Source: Pseudobdellovibrionaceae bacterium (lineage in GTDB: Bacteria > Bdellovibrionota > Bdellovibrionia > Bdellovibrionales > Bdellovibrionaceae). Taken from it: DNA of 58,871 nucleotides. The notes beneath the pieces were generated by a model. The model was not told where the DNA came from. It was given only the letters and a program-made list of their open reading frames with translations, and made no database searches. The stretch covers positions 1 through 58,871 of the forward strand of contig JAHBUU010000001.1 of NCBI GenBank assembly GCA_019637895.1, written 5' to 3'. This document shows, one piece after another, positions 37,339 through 46,242 of this stretch (positions are counted from its first letter, which is position 1; every line of letters begins with the position of its first letter). The translations under genes and the position numbers were made by a program.

Positions 37339-38439
37339 CTACCGAAGCACTCCCAGATCTTCTTTGCTGAAACCCTTGAGTTCGGATTGTCTGCTCTCGC
37401 GGACTTTCCGAGCCCATTCCGGATCCGCCAGCAAAGCCCTGCCGACAGCAACGAGATCGAACTCTCCCCGAGAGAGTCGTTGTTCCAAGGCATCGACCGG
37501 TGTCGGAGTCGAACTATCACCACGGAAGGCGCCGATGAATTCTCCGGAAAGACCAACCGAACCGACGGTCACCGTGGCTTTGCCCGTCAGCTTTTTGGCC
37601 CAACCAGCAAAGTTCAAATCGGACCCTGCGAATTCGGGTTCCCAGAACCGGCGTTGCGAACAGTGGAAAATATCGACGCCAGCGTCGGCCAGCGGAGCCA
37701 GCCACGACTCCATTTCGGCCGGAGTTTTCGCAAGCTTGGCTTCATAAGCCGAAGGCTTCCACTGCGACAATCGCAAGAGGATCACGAAATCCTCGCCGAC
37801 CGCTGCTCGGACCGCCTTGACGACCTCGATCGCGAACCGGCTGCGTTCGGCCAACGATTGGCCTCCGTAACCATCCGTTCGGTCGTTGGTGACGTCCCAG
37901 AAAAATTGATCGATGAGATAGCCGTGGGCTCCATGCAATTCGACGGCATCGAAGCCCAGGTTTTTCGCGTCGAGAGCCGCCTGAGCGAAAGCCTGAATCG
38001 TTTGGTGAATGTCTTTTTCGCTCATTGCAACACCATTGTTTTTTCCAAGAGCGTAACGCTCCGAAGGCCCCTCGAACGGCTGAGGAGGCGTCCAACCCGA
38101 ATGATGATTCGCCATCACACCCTGATGCCACAATTGAGGAGCCATTTTCCCGCCCGACTGATGAACGCTGTCGATCACCGTCTTCCAACCTTTGAGGGCC
38201 TCACCGCCATGAAAATGCGGCACGTTCGGATCAGCCGACGAGGACGGACGATTGATGACGGTTCCCTCGGAAAGGATCAGGCCGACCTCGCCCTCCGCAC
38301 GGCGTTTGTAGTAGGCGGCCACCTCGTCCGTCGGCACTCCGTTCGGAGAAAAGGACCGGGTCATCGGCGCCATCACGAGGCGATTTTTGAGTGGAAGGGA
38401 TTTAACGGTGAATGGCTGAAAAAGGCTGGAGGAACTCAT
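37339..38439 (-). CDS. NADH:flavin oxidoreductase (Old Yellow Enzyme family)
   Basis: 'LKNRLVMAPMTR', 'QLWHQG', 'GFDAVELHGAHGYLIDQFF', 'NDRTDGYGG', 'VGRALLADPEW'. Its stop directly abuts the convergent receiver gene. Confidence 0.9.
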   Translation of the reverse strand: MSSSSLFQPFTVKSLPLKNRLVMAPMTRSFSPNGVPTDEVAAYYKRRAEGEVGLILSEGTVINRPSSSADPNVPHFHGGEALKGWKTVIDSVHQSGGKMAPQLWHQGVMANHHSGWTPPQPFEGPSERYALGKNNGVAMSEKDIHQTIQAFAQAALDAKNLGFDAVELHGAHGYLIDQFFWDVTNDRTDGYGGQSLAERSRFAIEVVKAVRAAVGEDFVILLRLSQWKPSAYEAKLAKTPAEMESWLAPLADAGVDIFHCSQRRFWEPEFAGSDLNFAGWAKKLTGKATVTVGSVGLSGEFIGAFRGDSSTPTPVDALEQRLSRGEFDLVAVGRALLADPEWARKVRESRQSELKGFSKEDLGVLR

Positions 38440-38565
38440 TTGATGGCACGCTTTCTGAGAATTTTCTCTGCAAAGAGGGTCAGATCACCTTAGCCTATTG
38501 TTCGATGTTCGTCAAACATCAATCATCTTGCGAAAAGCGCCCTGCTTGCGCTAAGGTGAGCAAAG

Positions 38566-38907
38566 ATGAGGAACTTGGATCACCCTCGCATGAATCAGAT
38601 CTCCCTGACCGACGTGCTGACCGCGCTCGGGGATCCTATTCGCCTGGCGATCGTCGAACTCGTTTTCAGACACAAAGGCGAAGTCCCGTGGGGAGATCTC
38701 GAGTTCAATGTGAACAAGGCCACGCTCAGCCATCACATGAAAAAACTGCGATTGGCAGGCCTCATTGAGCACCGCAAGGAAGGCACTCGGTGTTTCATTT
38801 CCCTTCGACGTGATCTTGAAAAAACCTATCCAGGCCTGCTGTCGGCGATCCTGAAAAGCAAAAGGACCTGCCCTTACGCCCTCGTTGCGAAACGCACGCA
38901 GGATTAA
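38566..38907 (+). CDS. ArsR/SmtB-family transcriptional regulator
   Basis: 'LTALGDPIRLAIVELV...LSHHMKKLRLAGLIEHRKEGTRCFISL' (winged HTH). It is divergent from the OYE gene. Confidence 0.85.
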   Translation: MRNLDHPRMNQISLTDVLTALGDPIRLAIVELVFRHKGEVPWGDLEFNVNKATLSHHMKKLRLAGLIEHRKEGTRCFISLRRDLEKTYPGLLSAILKSKRTCPYALVAKRTQD

Positions 38908-39001
38908 ACCCGCACTTCACAATGGCTCCACAGTCTCATTTGGCGTCTCAATTCATCAATTCCCTTGGGAATGACTTCACTTCTCGATACCCTGAAGAGG
39001 T

Positions 39002-40024
39002 ATGACCCAAGGCTTAAAATGGATTGTAAGCCCTCGTTTCGACGGGTTCTTCTTGATCGCGTCCCCACTGGTCGCCGTGGCTTTTTATGCGATCTACTTG
39101 GGAACGGTTTCCGCAACAGGCTGGACTGCAGATTCTGCGGATGAATTCGCCTTTCTTTTGTTCCTGCTCTTCACCGGCCTCTTCGATGCGCCTCATATCT
39201 TTCAGACCTTTGCGAGGACCCATCTCGATGAGGCCGAGTATCGCCGACATCGTCTCTTGCATTGGACCTCGCTTGCGGTGACGATCACCGTTTCAATTGC
39301 GGCTTACATGCTGGACTGGAGCGATCTTTTTCTGTCTCTGCTTTCTGTCTATGGAGCCTGGCACATCATCAAACAGAACGTCGGATTCGTTCGGATCTAT
39401 CAAAAGACGAATCGCCATCTGGAACCGCGCCATTCCCGGCTTGAAACTCGGCTTCTGCCCTTGTCTTTGATTTTTTATTATCTGCACGGACACAGTGACT
39501 TCGAGGATCTGATCCGCTCGGTCTTTGCCCATGTTCCTTGGTTCAATGCCCTGTCCATCCTGCAGTTGGTTTCGACTCTCACCGTGATCACACTGATGGC
39601 GATTGTCTTCTGGAGAAACTTCCAGGTCTTCCGCGAAAAAGGACAGTGGAATTCACCCAAGATGGCGATGATCGCCTCCAGCTTGATTTTGGTCTTCTGG
39701 CTGTCACTCTTGAATGCGCCACCGCTGCTCTTGATCGCAATCTCCACCATCGGACACAACATCCAATACCAAGCCTGGATGTGGATCTACAATCAGCGGA
39801 GAACCCGTCGAGTGCTGGTTCCAAGCCTGGCTCTGGCGGGCAGCCTCGCCTTGGGAATCATGATGATCATGGGTTCCGACCTGTGGGCCATTCCCTATAA
39901 CGGCGTCGTTCTGTGGCACTACTTCATTGATGGCCACATCTGGCACTTCGGGGCCGCGCCGGAGCTGGTCGTGATGCTGGAATCGGGTGCTGCGGTCAAA
40001 GAACCTTTGGAGGCTCTCGGATGA
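39002..40024 (+). CDS. polytopic membrane protein with conserved-looking His motifs, unknown function
   Basis: About 8 hydrophobic segments. His-containing motifs 'FDAPHIFQTF', 'GAWHIIKQNVGF', 'GHNIQYQAW', 'WHYFIDGHIWHF'. No family recognised. Confidence 0.55.
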   Translation: MTQGLKWIVSPRFDGFFLIASPLVAVAFYAIYLGTVSATGWTADSADEFAFLLFLLFTGLFDAPHIFQTFARTHLDEAEYRRHRLLHWTSLAVTITVSIAAYMLDWSDLFLSLLSVYGAWHIIKQNVGFVRIYQKTNRHLEPRHSRLETRLLPLSLIFYYLHGHSDFEDLIRSVFAHVPWFNALSILQLVSTLTVITLMAIVFWRNFQVFREKGQWNSPKMAMIASSLILVFWLSLLNAPPLLLIAISTIGHNIQYQAWMWIYNQRRTRRVLVPSLALAGSLALGIMMIMGSDLWAIPYNGVVLWHYFIDGHIWHFGAAPELVVMLESGAAVKEPLEALG

Positions 40025-40102
40025 AAAACTCTAGGGACGGCTCAACGACTGGTATCAACCGATGACCTGTTGACCTCCGACGAATTCAGATCAATCTAAA
40101 AT

Positions 40103-40135
40103 AAAAAAAGCCCAGGTTTTCACCCGGGCTTTTCC
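40103..40135. terminator. probable bidirectional terminator
   Basis: An A-run (40103-09) precedes the stem GCCCAGG (40110-16) / CCCGGGC (40123-29), with 6 of 7 positions paired and a 6-nt loop. TTTTCC follows. It lies between convergent genes. Confidence 0.5.
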
Positions 40136-40160
40136 AATCATCTTCAAAAAGACAAAGTCC

Positions 40161-40817
40161 TTAGGCTTCTTCTTCGCCTTCGTCCTCTTCCTTCTTCTTC
40201 TTCACGGCGGCTTGAGGATTCGCTTTCAGGAAATCCTTAATCTTCACCGCGTCGGGCGCGAGGATGGTGAACATGTTTTTACCTTCCATCTTCGGAGGGC
40301 TTTCCACCAAGGCGATGTCTTTGACGAAATCCAAAGCTCGCTTCATCTGCTCCATGCCGAGTTCCTGGTGGGCCATTTCCCGGCCCAAGAAACGCATGTT
40401 CACTTTCACCTTGTCGCCTTCGAGCAAGAAACGACGAGCGTTGCGCATCTTGGTCTCGAAGTCGTGACTGTCGGTGCGAGGGCGCATCTGCACCTCTTTC
40501 ACCGTCACGATGACTTGGTTCTTACGAGCGGCCACGGCCTTTTTCTTGTTCTCGTATTTGTACTTCCCGTAATCCATGATCTTACAGGTCGGAGGCTGCG
40601 CCGTTGGCGCGATCTCGATCAAGTCGAGGCCTCTGTCTTCGGCCAAACGAACACCCTCTGGAACGGTCATTACGCCCAGCATTTGTCCGTTTTCATCGAT
40701 CACACGGATTTGAGGAGCACGGATCTCGCGGTTGACCCGCAAGCCGTCTTTGTCGCCACGTTTGCCGCGGAACCCGGCACCACCTCTAAAATCGTTTCGT
40801 CCACCCTGGAAGCTAAT
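40161..40817 (-). CDS. infC: translation initiation factor IF-3, probable AUU start
   Basis: 'NREIRAPQIRVIDENGQMLGVM', 'DLIEIAP..QPPTCKIMDYGKYKYE', 'KEVQMRPRTDSHDFETK'. An in-frame ATT at 40817-40815 has AAGGAGG 6 nt upstream. The ORF-track TTG start (40742) would remove 25 N-terminal codons. Confidence 0.9.
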   Translation of the reverse strand: MSFQGGRNDFRGGAGFRGKRGDKDGLRVNREIRAPQIRVIDENGQMLGVMTVPEGVRLAEDRGLDLIEIAPTAQPPTCKIMDYGKYKYENKKKAVAARKNQVIVTVKEVQMRPRTDSHDFETKMRNARRFLLEGDKVKVNMRFLGREMAHQELGMEQMKRALDFVKDIALVESPPKMEGKNMFTILAPDAVKIKDFLKANPQAAVKKKKEEDEGEEEA

Positions 40818-40828
40818 AACAGACCTCC

Positions 40829-42781
40829 TTACGGTCGTTCATTGGGGTTCGACGGTTGCAACCGCCGAGTCTTGATATCGTTTTCAATCCAATTCAATAA
40901 TGTCTCAACGGACAAATTATTCACTTGCGATCCGTCACGCAATCGAACCGAGACTTCGCCTTTTTCGGCCTCTTTGTCCCCGATCACGACCATGTACGGA
41001 ATCTTCTGCATCTGCGCTTCGCGAATCTTGAAATTCAGCTTCTCGCTGCGACGATCAAATTCGGCGCGAACGCCTTTGTCCTTTAATTTCCCGAGCAGCT
41101 CTTCGCAGAACGGGTTGACCCGGTCAGTGATGTTCAAAACCACGGCCTGAGTCGGCATCAACCACGGAGGCAAGTGCCCCGCCGTGTGCTCGAGGTACAC
41201 ACCGATGAAACGCTCAAGCGATCCCAGGATCGCACGGTGGAGCATGATCGGACGATGGTCTTTGTTGTCCTCGCCCGTATAAGACAGCTCGAAACGCTCG
41301 GGCAGATTCGGATCCACCTGCAGAGTTCCCAACTGCCACGGACGATTCAAAGCATCCACGAACATGATATCGAGTTTCGGTCCGTAAAAGGCCCCGTCGC
41401 CCGGATTGATCGTGTACGGCAGATTCAAACCCTTCAGCGCGTTTTCCAGAGCGCCTTCAGCCTGGTCCCACAGCTCCTCGGTTCCCACGCGTTTTTCAGG
41501 GCGTGTGGACAGATAGATCTTGTAGTTCGTCATGCCCAGCAACGAGTACGCCTTTTGGAGCATCTCCATGAAGCGCTTGATCTCGTTTTGGATCTGATCG
41601 ACCGTGCAGAACACGTGCGCATCATCCTGACAGAACGTCCGCACACGGGTCAAGCCGTGCATGGCTCCTGACTTTTCGTAGCGGTGCAAGCGACCGAAGT
41701 CGGCCATGCGGTAAGGAAGCTCGCGATAGGAGTGTTTCGTCGACCCGAACAGCAGGCAGTGCGAAGGGCAGTTCATCGGCTTCATTCCAAAGCCCTGCTT
41801 GTCCACTTCGACGAAGTACATGTTTTCTTCGTAGTTCTGCATGTGACCCGAGGTCTTGAACAGTTCAACGTTGAACAGCTGCGGAGTGATGACCTCGTTG
41901 TAGTCGTATTCGCGATACAGTTCGCGCATCAGTCCCTGAAGCTCGTTGTAGATCGTCGCGCCCTTCGCGGTGAAGAACGGAGAACCCGGAGCCCACTCGT
42001 GGAACATGAAGAGTTCGAGCTCTTTCCCGAGCTTGCGGTGATCGCGTTTTTTCGCTTCTTCGAGATTGTGAAGATGCTGCTCGAGTTCTTTTTTATCGGT
42101 GAAGGCCGTCGCGTACACGCGCTGGAGCATCGGGTTCTTGTCGTCCCCGCGCCAGTAGGCTCCTGCCACACTCAAGAGTTTGAAGGCCTTGATCTGACCT
42201 GTGCTCTGGATATGGGGACCGCGACAGAGATCGAACCACTGATCGCCGTTGTGATAGATGCCGAGGGTTTTTTCATCCTTCAGGTCACGAATGAGTTCGA
42301 CCTTGAATCGCTCGCCCATCTTTTCGAAGGTGCTGATCGCTTTTTCACGATCCCAATCCTCACGACGGATTGGCAGATCCTTGTCGACGATTTCCTGCAT
42401 CTTCTTTTCGATGGCCGCGAAATGATCTTCGGTCATCGAGAATGGGGAATCGAAGTCATAGTAAAAACCGTTGTCGATCACAGGGCCGATGGTGACCTTC
42501 ACTTCGGGCCACAGGCTTTGCACGGCTTGCGCCATCACATGGGCCGCCGTGTGACGGACGACATCGTTCGCTTCCGGGCTCTTCATGGTGATGAGCTGGA
42601 TCTTGTCGTTGTCTTTGAGCGGAGTGCGAAGATCTTTGATTTCGGTTCCGCCGTTCACTTTTACACCGAGGGTGTCTTTGGCCAAACGAGGGCCGATGCT
42701 TTGGGCAACTTCCAAAGCACTGGGTTCGTGATCGAACACCTTCGAAGACTGGTCAGGAAGATAAATTGTGACCTGTGACAT
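40829..42781 (-). CDS. thrS: threonine--tRNA ligase
   Basis: The start is taken at 'MSQVTIYLPD' (TGS domain). 'RHTAAHVMAQAV', class II motifs 'RMADFGRLHRYE', 'GLTRVRTFCQDDAH', 'GAFYGPKLD', C-terminal anticodon-binding 'PYMVVIGDKE'. Confidence 0.95.
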   Translation of the reverse strand: MSQVTIYLPDQSSKVFDHEPSALEVAQSIGPRLAKDTLGVKVNGGTEIKDLRTPLKDNDKIQLITMKSPEANDVVRHTAAHVMAQAVQSLWPEVKVTIGPVIDNGFYYDFDSPFSMTEDHFAAIEKKMQEIVDKDLPIRREDWDREKAISTFEKMGERFKVELIRDLKDEKTLGIYHNGDQWFDLCRGPHIQSTGQIKAFKLLSVAGAYWRGDDKNPMLQRVYATAFTDKKELEQHLHNLEEAKKRDHRKLGKELELFMFHEWAPGSPFFTAKGATIYNELQGLMRELYREYDYNEVITPQLFNVELFKTSGHMQNYEENMYFVEVDKQGFGMKPMNCPSHCLLFGSTKHSYRELPYRMADFGRLHRYEKSGAMHGLTRVRTFCQDDAHVFCTVDQIQNEIKRFMEMLQKAYSLLGMTNYKIYLSTRPEKRVGTEELWDQAEGALENALKGLNLPYTINPGDGAFYGPKLDIMFVDALNRPWQLGTLQVDPNLPERFELSYTGEDNKDHRPIMLHRAILGSLERFIGVYLEHTAGHLPPWLMPTQAVVLNITDRVNPFCEELLGKLKDKGVRAEFDRRSEKLNFKIREAQMQKIPYMVVIGDKEAEKGEVSVRLRDGSQVNNLSVETLLNWIENDIKTRRLQPSNPNERP

Positions 42782-43118
42782 TATGAAAGAGTGCTCGTCG
42801 TCGTGACGGTGCGGAGCGAGGCTGTTTTTGAAGACACAGAGAATGAAAGCATTTGCATCAAAAAGACAATGGGAGGCCCGGAAAGTCAAGATCTGCCTCG
42901 CGAAGATGCCCTCACATCGAGGATTCCGCCAAGAGCTGGACCCCGAGCTCCGTCCCCCCGTCCGCCGCCCGTTTTTGCCAGCGGACCTGTGCGTGGTAGC
43001 TCCGATTTTGCCCCAGGGAGTCCTTTAACGTGACTTCAAAGAAATCGCTCTCGGAGGGCGGAATCTCACAGGAAAAGCAAAGCCTCGCCCCCTGAGCGCT
43101 CGCATCCCTGACCTAACC

Positions 43119-43601
43119 TTAGAACTTCCGCCCCCGCTGCTGACGCGAGTAATCAGAATCCCTGAGACGGGCCCCGCCCCGGCAGCTCTGGCGCTCGGCC
43201 CTTCTCTGACGAAGATCAGTCTCGAGAAGCCAACGGGAGACCCGTGCCGCCCAACCTGGTTCACTCGGCCCCGATAGGAAAATCTGCCGCTCGGTGGGCG
43301 CGGGATCTTGAGGGTTCAGATGATCCCCCAGCATGATCCAACGAATCCCCGGGAAACGCCGCTCGGCCTCTTGAATGAAGTGGCGCAAAGCCGGAGTCAT
43401 CACCGAATAAGAGATCGCGACCGCCTCGGGCTTGGACTTGAGCCAAAGCCCCTGAAAGGCTTCAGGACTATGGCAAAGCAAAAGCCGCCAGCCCCCTAAT
43501 GCCGCAACAAATGATCGTCGATGCTGAAAGTTTCCCAGTAAAAGGAGTGTTCCCATCCAACCGGACAACATTGCAAAAGGAGTCCCATCTTGGGATCGCA
43601 T
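43119..43601 (-). CDS. hypothetical protein (weak call)
   Basis: It is the longest ORF in this interval and its middle part is protein-like. No motif recognised and the ends are Arg-rich. Confidence 0.3.
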   Translation of the reverse strand: MRSQDGTPFAMLSGWMGTLLLLGNFQHRRSFVAALGGWRLLLCHSPEAFQGLWLKSKPEAVAISYSVMTPALRHFIQEAERRFPGIRWIMLGDHLNPQDPAPTERQIFLSGPSEPGWAARVSRWLLETDLRQRRAERQSCRGGARLRDSDYSRQQRGRKF

Positions 43602-43750
43602 TGGTTGAAGGAGACCTGCGAAGGCTTTCTCAGCTGACCAGGAAGCAGACAGGACGCAAATCAGGGGCCACCAACATCACGATCGGCAGAAAGAACCTAT
43701 TGCGATTGAAGAGGATTTTTCAGGCCCGCTTTCTGCAATGATTCTTCCAC

Positions 43751-44503
43751 ATGAGAAACTTTTGGGCAGTGGTCCTTCTGATTTTTTCCTTCGAGGCGAT
43801 GGCCGTGGAATCCTCTTTCCATGAACGTCTGGAAGCCTTGCTCACGGAAGACATCGTCTTCACGGGACCGAACTGCTTCAACTCGGCCCTCTGACTGCTC
43901 GGAGTTCAGAATCAACGCCGACATCTTCCCGAAGCCGAGATGGATTTCATCCTGAAGACCTCCTGCCGGAAAACCGACCGACCATCGCAAGCAAGCCTTG
44001 GCATCCTCCGGTCTCCTCTTGATGGAAAGCCCCTGCACGGCTTTGTCCCTCTGGATGAGAATCTTGTTTTCACCAAAAACGGTCTTTCGAAACGGGCAAA
44101 AAACGAGATCCAAAATGCAAAGCAGATGATCGCGATTCACACCGCCGCGGCAAAGAAAGTCTGCCCGACCAGTCCCGCCGAATGCGCGCCTCTGGTGATC
44201 GAGTATTACTCTTGCGAACAACTGCCTTCGTTTTCAGTCGAGAATCTGATGACTCTGGCCTAGGGTTCTCGGGAGATGGCCTTTTCTGAAGACTTTCAAA
44301 AACGTTTCGAGCGGGAGTTCGACCTTTTGCTCGAGCAAGATCTCTCGGGCCAGGCCTGCGAGACGCGGCAGCAAACTCTGTCTTCACTGATCCTGTCGTG
44401 GACCTTGATCAACTATGCCTCGATCACACCGAAAGAAGCGGACTCTGTGGAGCAACTGGTGTCACGACTCTCTTCTCGGACGATTCCGACTTGCCGACCT
44501 TGA
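43751..44503 (+). pseudogene. secreted putative Cys-His-Asp (papain/transglutaminase-like) protein interrupted by in-frame TGA (43892) and TAG (44261)
   Basis: One reading frame carries the signal peptide 'MRNFWAVVLLIFSFEAMA' and 'GPNCFNSAL', then TGA. It continues with '...LHGFVPLDENLVFTKNG...' to a TAG, then a further 75 aa. All three segments are in the same frame, which I checked codon by codon. Confidence 0.4.
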
Positions 44504-44690
44504 TCCTCTCCAAGTCTCAAAATGAGACGCCCATCCATGGGGCCGAGAAACGTCGCCACTAACAATTTCCGTCATGTTCAAAGTTTTTGACGGGCCTGGA
44601 AAGCAATACAATCGCAGCGCCCTCCGCTTGTTCATGGCCCCCTGCTTGCTCAATGGGTTGTGGCCCCAGTCAGAAACCCGGGAGGTTTCC

Positions 44691-45563
44691 ATGTTCAATC
44701 ACCCCGCATTCCGTTTGATCGTGATGTCGATCGCACTCACTTCCGTCCTCGTGGCCTGCGGCCAAAAGGAAGGCAGTAACAATAAAACGGTCATCAAGAA
44801 ATCCCTCCTGAATCCAACACCGACTCCTCCAGCGGGCGAAGGGCAAACCACTCCTCCGGCCAGCGATGACATCGGCGCGGCAACCACCGAAGAAAAGAAA
44901 GACAAGCTCACGGCCTCGGACTCTTGCCCGAAACCTTTCGACGACTTCTCTCCACAAGATGGCGAACGCCAGGTTTCATTTGCGGACCTTTTGAATCAAG
45001 ACGCCCTCCAGTTGGGTGCCGACCTCAAAGGGAAAAAAGTGGTCTTCAAGCTGGTGGAATTGAAAGAGTGGGCAAAACGAGTCAACGTCGGCGACAACTC
45101 GACGGATGAACTGTCCGCAGGAGCCGCCGAAGCGAACTTGGAAGCCACAATGAATTGCCACACCATTCGGGTGGACCGAAAAGCCGAAGACGCTTTCACC
45201 TCGATTTCGACAATGCCAGACGCCTTGGACCTTTCAACCGGGAAAATCCCTGCTTTGCTGACACTCAAGATGACCGCATCGCCCGGAGAGACTTCGATCC
45301 AGTCCTTTAAGAAGTCAGCTGACTACGACCTCAAGACCATGGAAGCTCAATCGACAGGACAAGGACAAACAGCTCAAGTCGTCCTGAACAGGATCCGCGA
45401 GAATCACCTGATCATCCGACGCCAAGTCGATCGTTTGTCCGGTGATGGGAAATTCAAGATGACCGAGCTTTCCATGGCGACCTATGAAGCCGTTGAGAAA
45501 ACGGACGCCGCAGCAACGGTTGCTGATGAGGCCGAAGTTCCAGAAACAGACGCTCAAGATTGA
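44691..45563 (+). CDS. lipoprotein, unknown function
   Basis: SD GGGAGG upstream. Lipobox 'LTSVLVAC', then a low-complexity 'PTPTPPAGEGQTTPPASDD' linker. Confidence 0.6.
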   Translation: MFNHPAFRLIVMSIALTSVLVACGQKEGSNNKTVIKKSLLNPTPTPPAGEGQTTPPASDDIGAATTEEKKDKLTASDSCPKPFDDFSPQDGERQVSFADLLNQDALQLGADLKGKKVVFKLVELKEWAKRVNVGDNSTDELSAGAAEANLEATMNCHTIRVDRKAEDAFTSISTMPDALDLSTGKIPALLTLKMTASPGETSIQSFKKSADYDLKTMEAQSTGQGQTAQVVLNRIRENHLIIRRQVDRLSGDGKFKMTELSMATYEAVEKTDAAATVADEAEVPETDAQD

Positions 45564-45596
45564 TTTTCTTCGCGCTTCCCAGGACACTGGGAAGCG

Positions 45597-46163
45597 ATGA
45601 CCTCGCCTCAATACAATCTGAATTACAAGTACGGTGCGGATCTTCGGGAAATCCCCGAAGACCCGGCCAGCATGCAGGCCTACGTCGATCTTCTCCTGAA
45701 TGAACTGAAAAAACTCACAGCGGAACAACCTCGCCTTTCGGTCAAGTTTCTGGGCGAAGTCGGCTCCTATGCCCGCATGCTCGGAAAAACCGAAGCCGCC
45801 CATCATGCCTTGGAAAAATCCCTGACACTGATCGATCAGCACGACATGGGCCTGCCCCTGTGGGGCGTCCATTCCCTGCGCTATGGCGAAGTCATGCGAG
45901 CCAAGAAAGACGAACTGGCCGCCGAGACGGCCTTTCACTCGGTCCTCGAGATGAGCCTCCGCCACCCCGAGATCCGCGAGCTCGAGGACTTTGCTCTGCA
46001 ACACCTCGGCAAACTCCGTTTCTCACAAAAAAAATTCAAAGAGGCCGAAGACCTCTTCCGCCAGGCCCTCGCCATCCGTAAAAAGAAAGCCATCCCTGAA
46101 CTCATTCAATCCACGGAACTCGCCCTGCGAGTCCTGTTGATGACAAAAGACCGACAGAAGTAA
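45597..46163 (+). CDS. TPR-like helical repeat protein
   Basis: All-helical composition with TPR-like 'LGKLRFSQKKFKEAEDLFRQALAI'. No catalytic motif. Confidence 0.45.
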   Translation: MTSPQYNLNYKYGADLREIPEDPASMQAYVDLLLNELKKLTAEQPRLSVKFLGEVGSYARMLGKTEAAHHALEKSLTLIDQHDMGLPLWGVHSLRYGEVMRAKKDELAAETAFHSVLEMSLRHPEIRELEDFALQHLGKLRFSQKKFKEAEDLFRQALAIRKKKAIPELIQSTELALRVLLMTKDRQK

Positions 46164-46242
46164 AACCCTCAGCAGAAACGAACTCTAAATTTAAGGACGG
46201 TGCCCCTTCGGCATTGGCCCTGTTTCTGCATTTTCCCAGGGT

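Noticed and set aside
41174-42778. 165-aa and 364-aa + ORFs opposite thrS
   Set aside because: These are shadow ORFs of thrS. The minus-strand product aligns to ThrRS motifs throughout.
42782-43118. Possible T-box or other leader upstream of thrS
   Set aside because: I looked for the conserved T-box sequence (AGGGUGGUACCGCG-like) on the minus strand and did not find it. No convincing terminator/antiterminator pair was seen. The 36-codon N-terminal extension in the ORF track is probably untranslated leader.
43892-43894. TGA as selenocysteine or as a reassigned sense codon
   Set aside because: Many well-defined genes here terminate at TGA at the expected C-terminus (pseudoazurin, subunit II, subunit I, actA, ccsB). 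No compact hairpin follows the TGA at SECIS distance. The context (NSAL_LLG) is not a redox CxxU-type site. A nonsense mutation or a sequencing error is more parsimonious.
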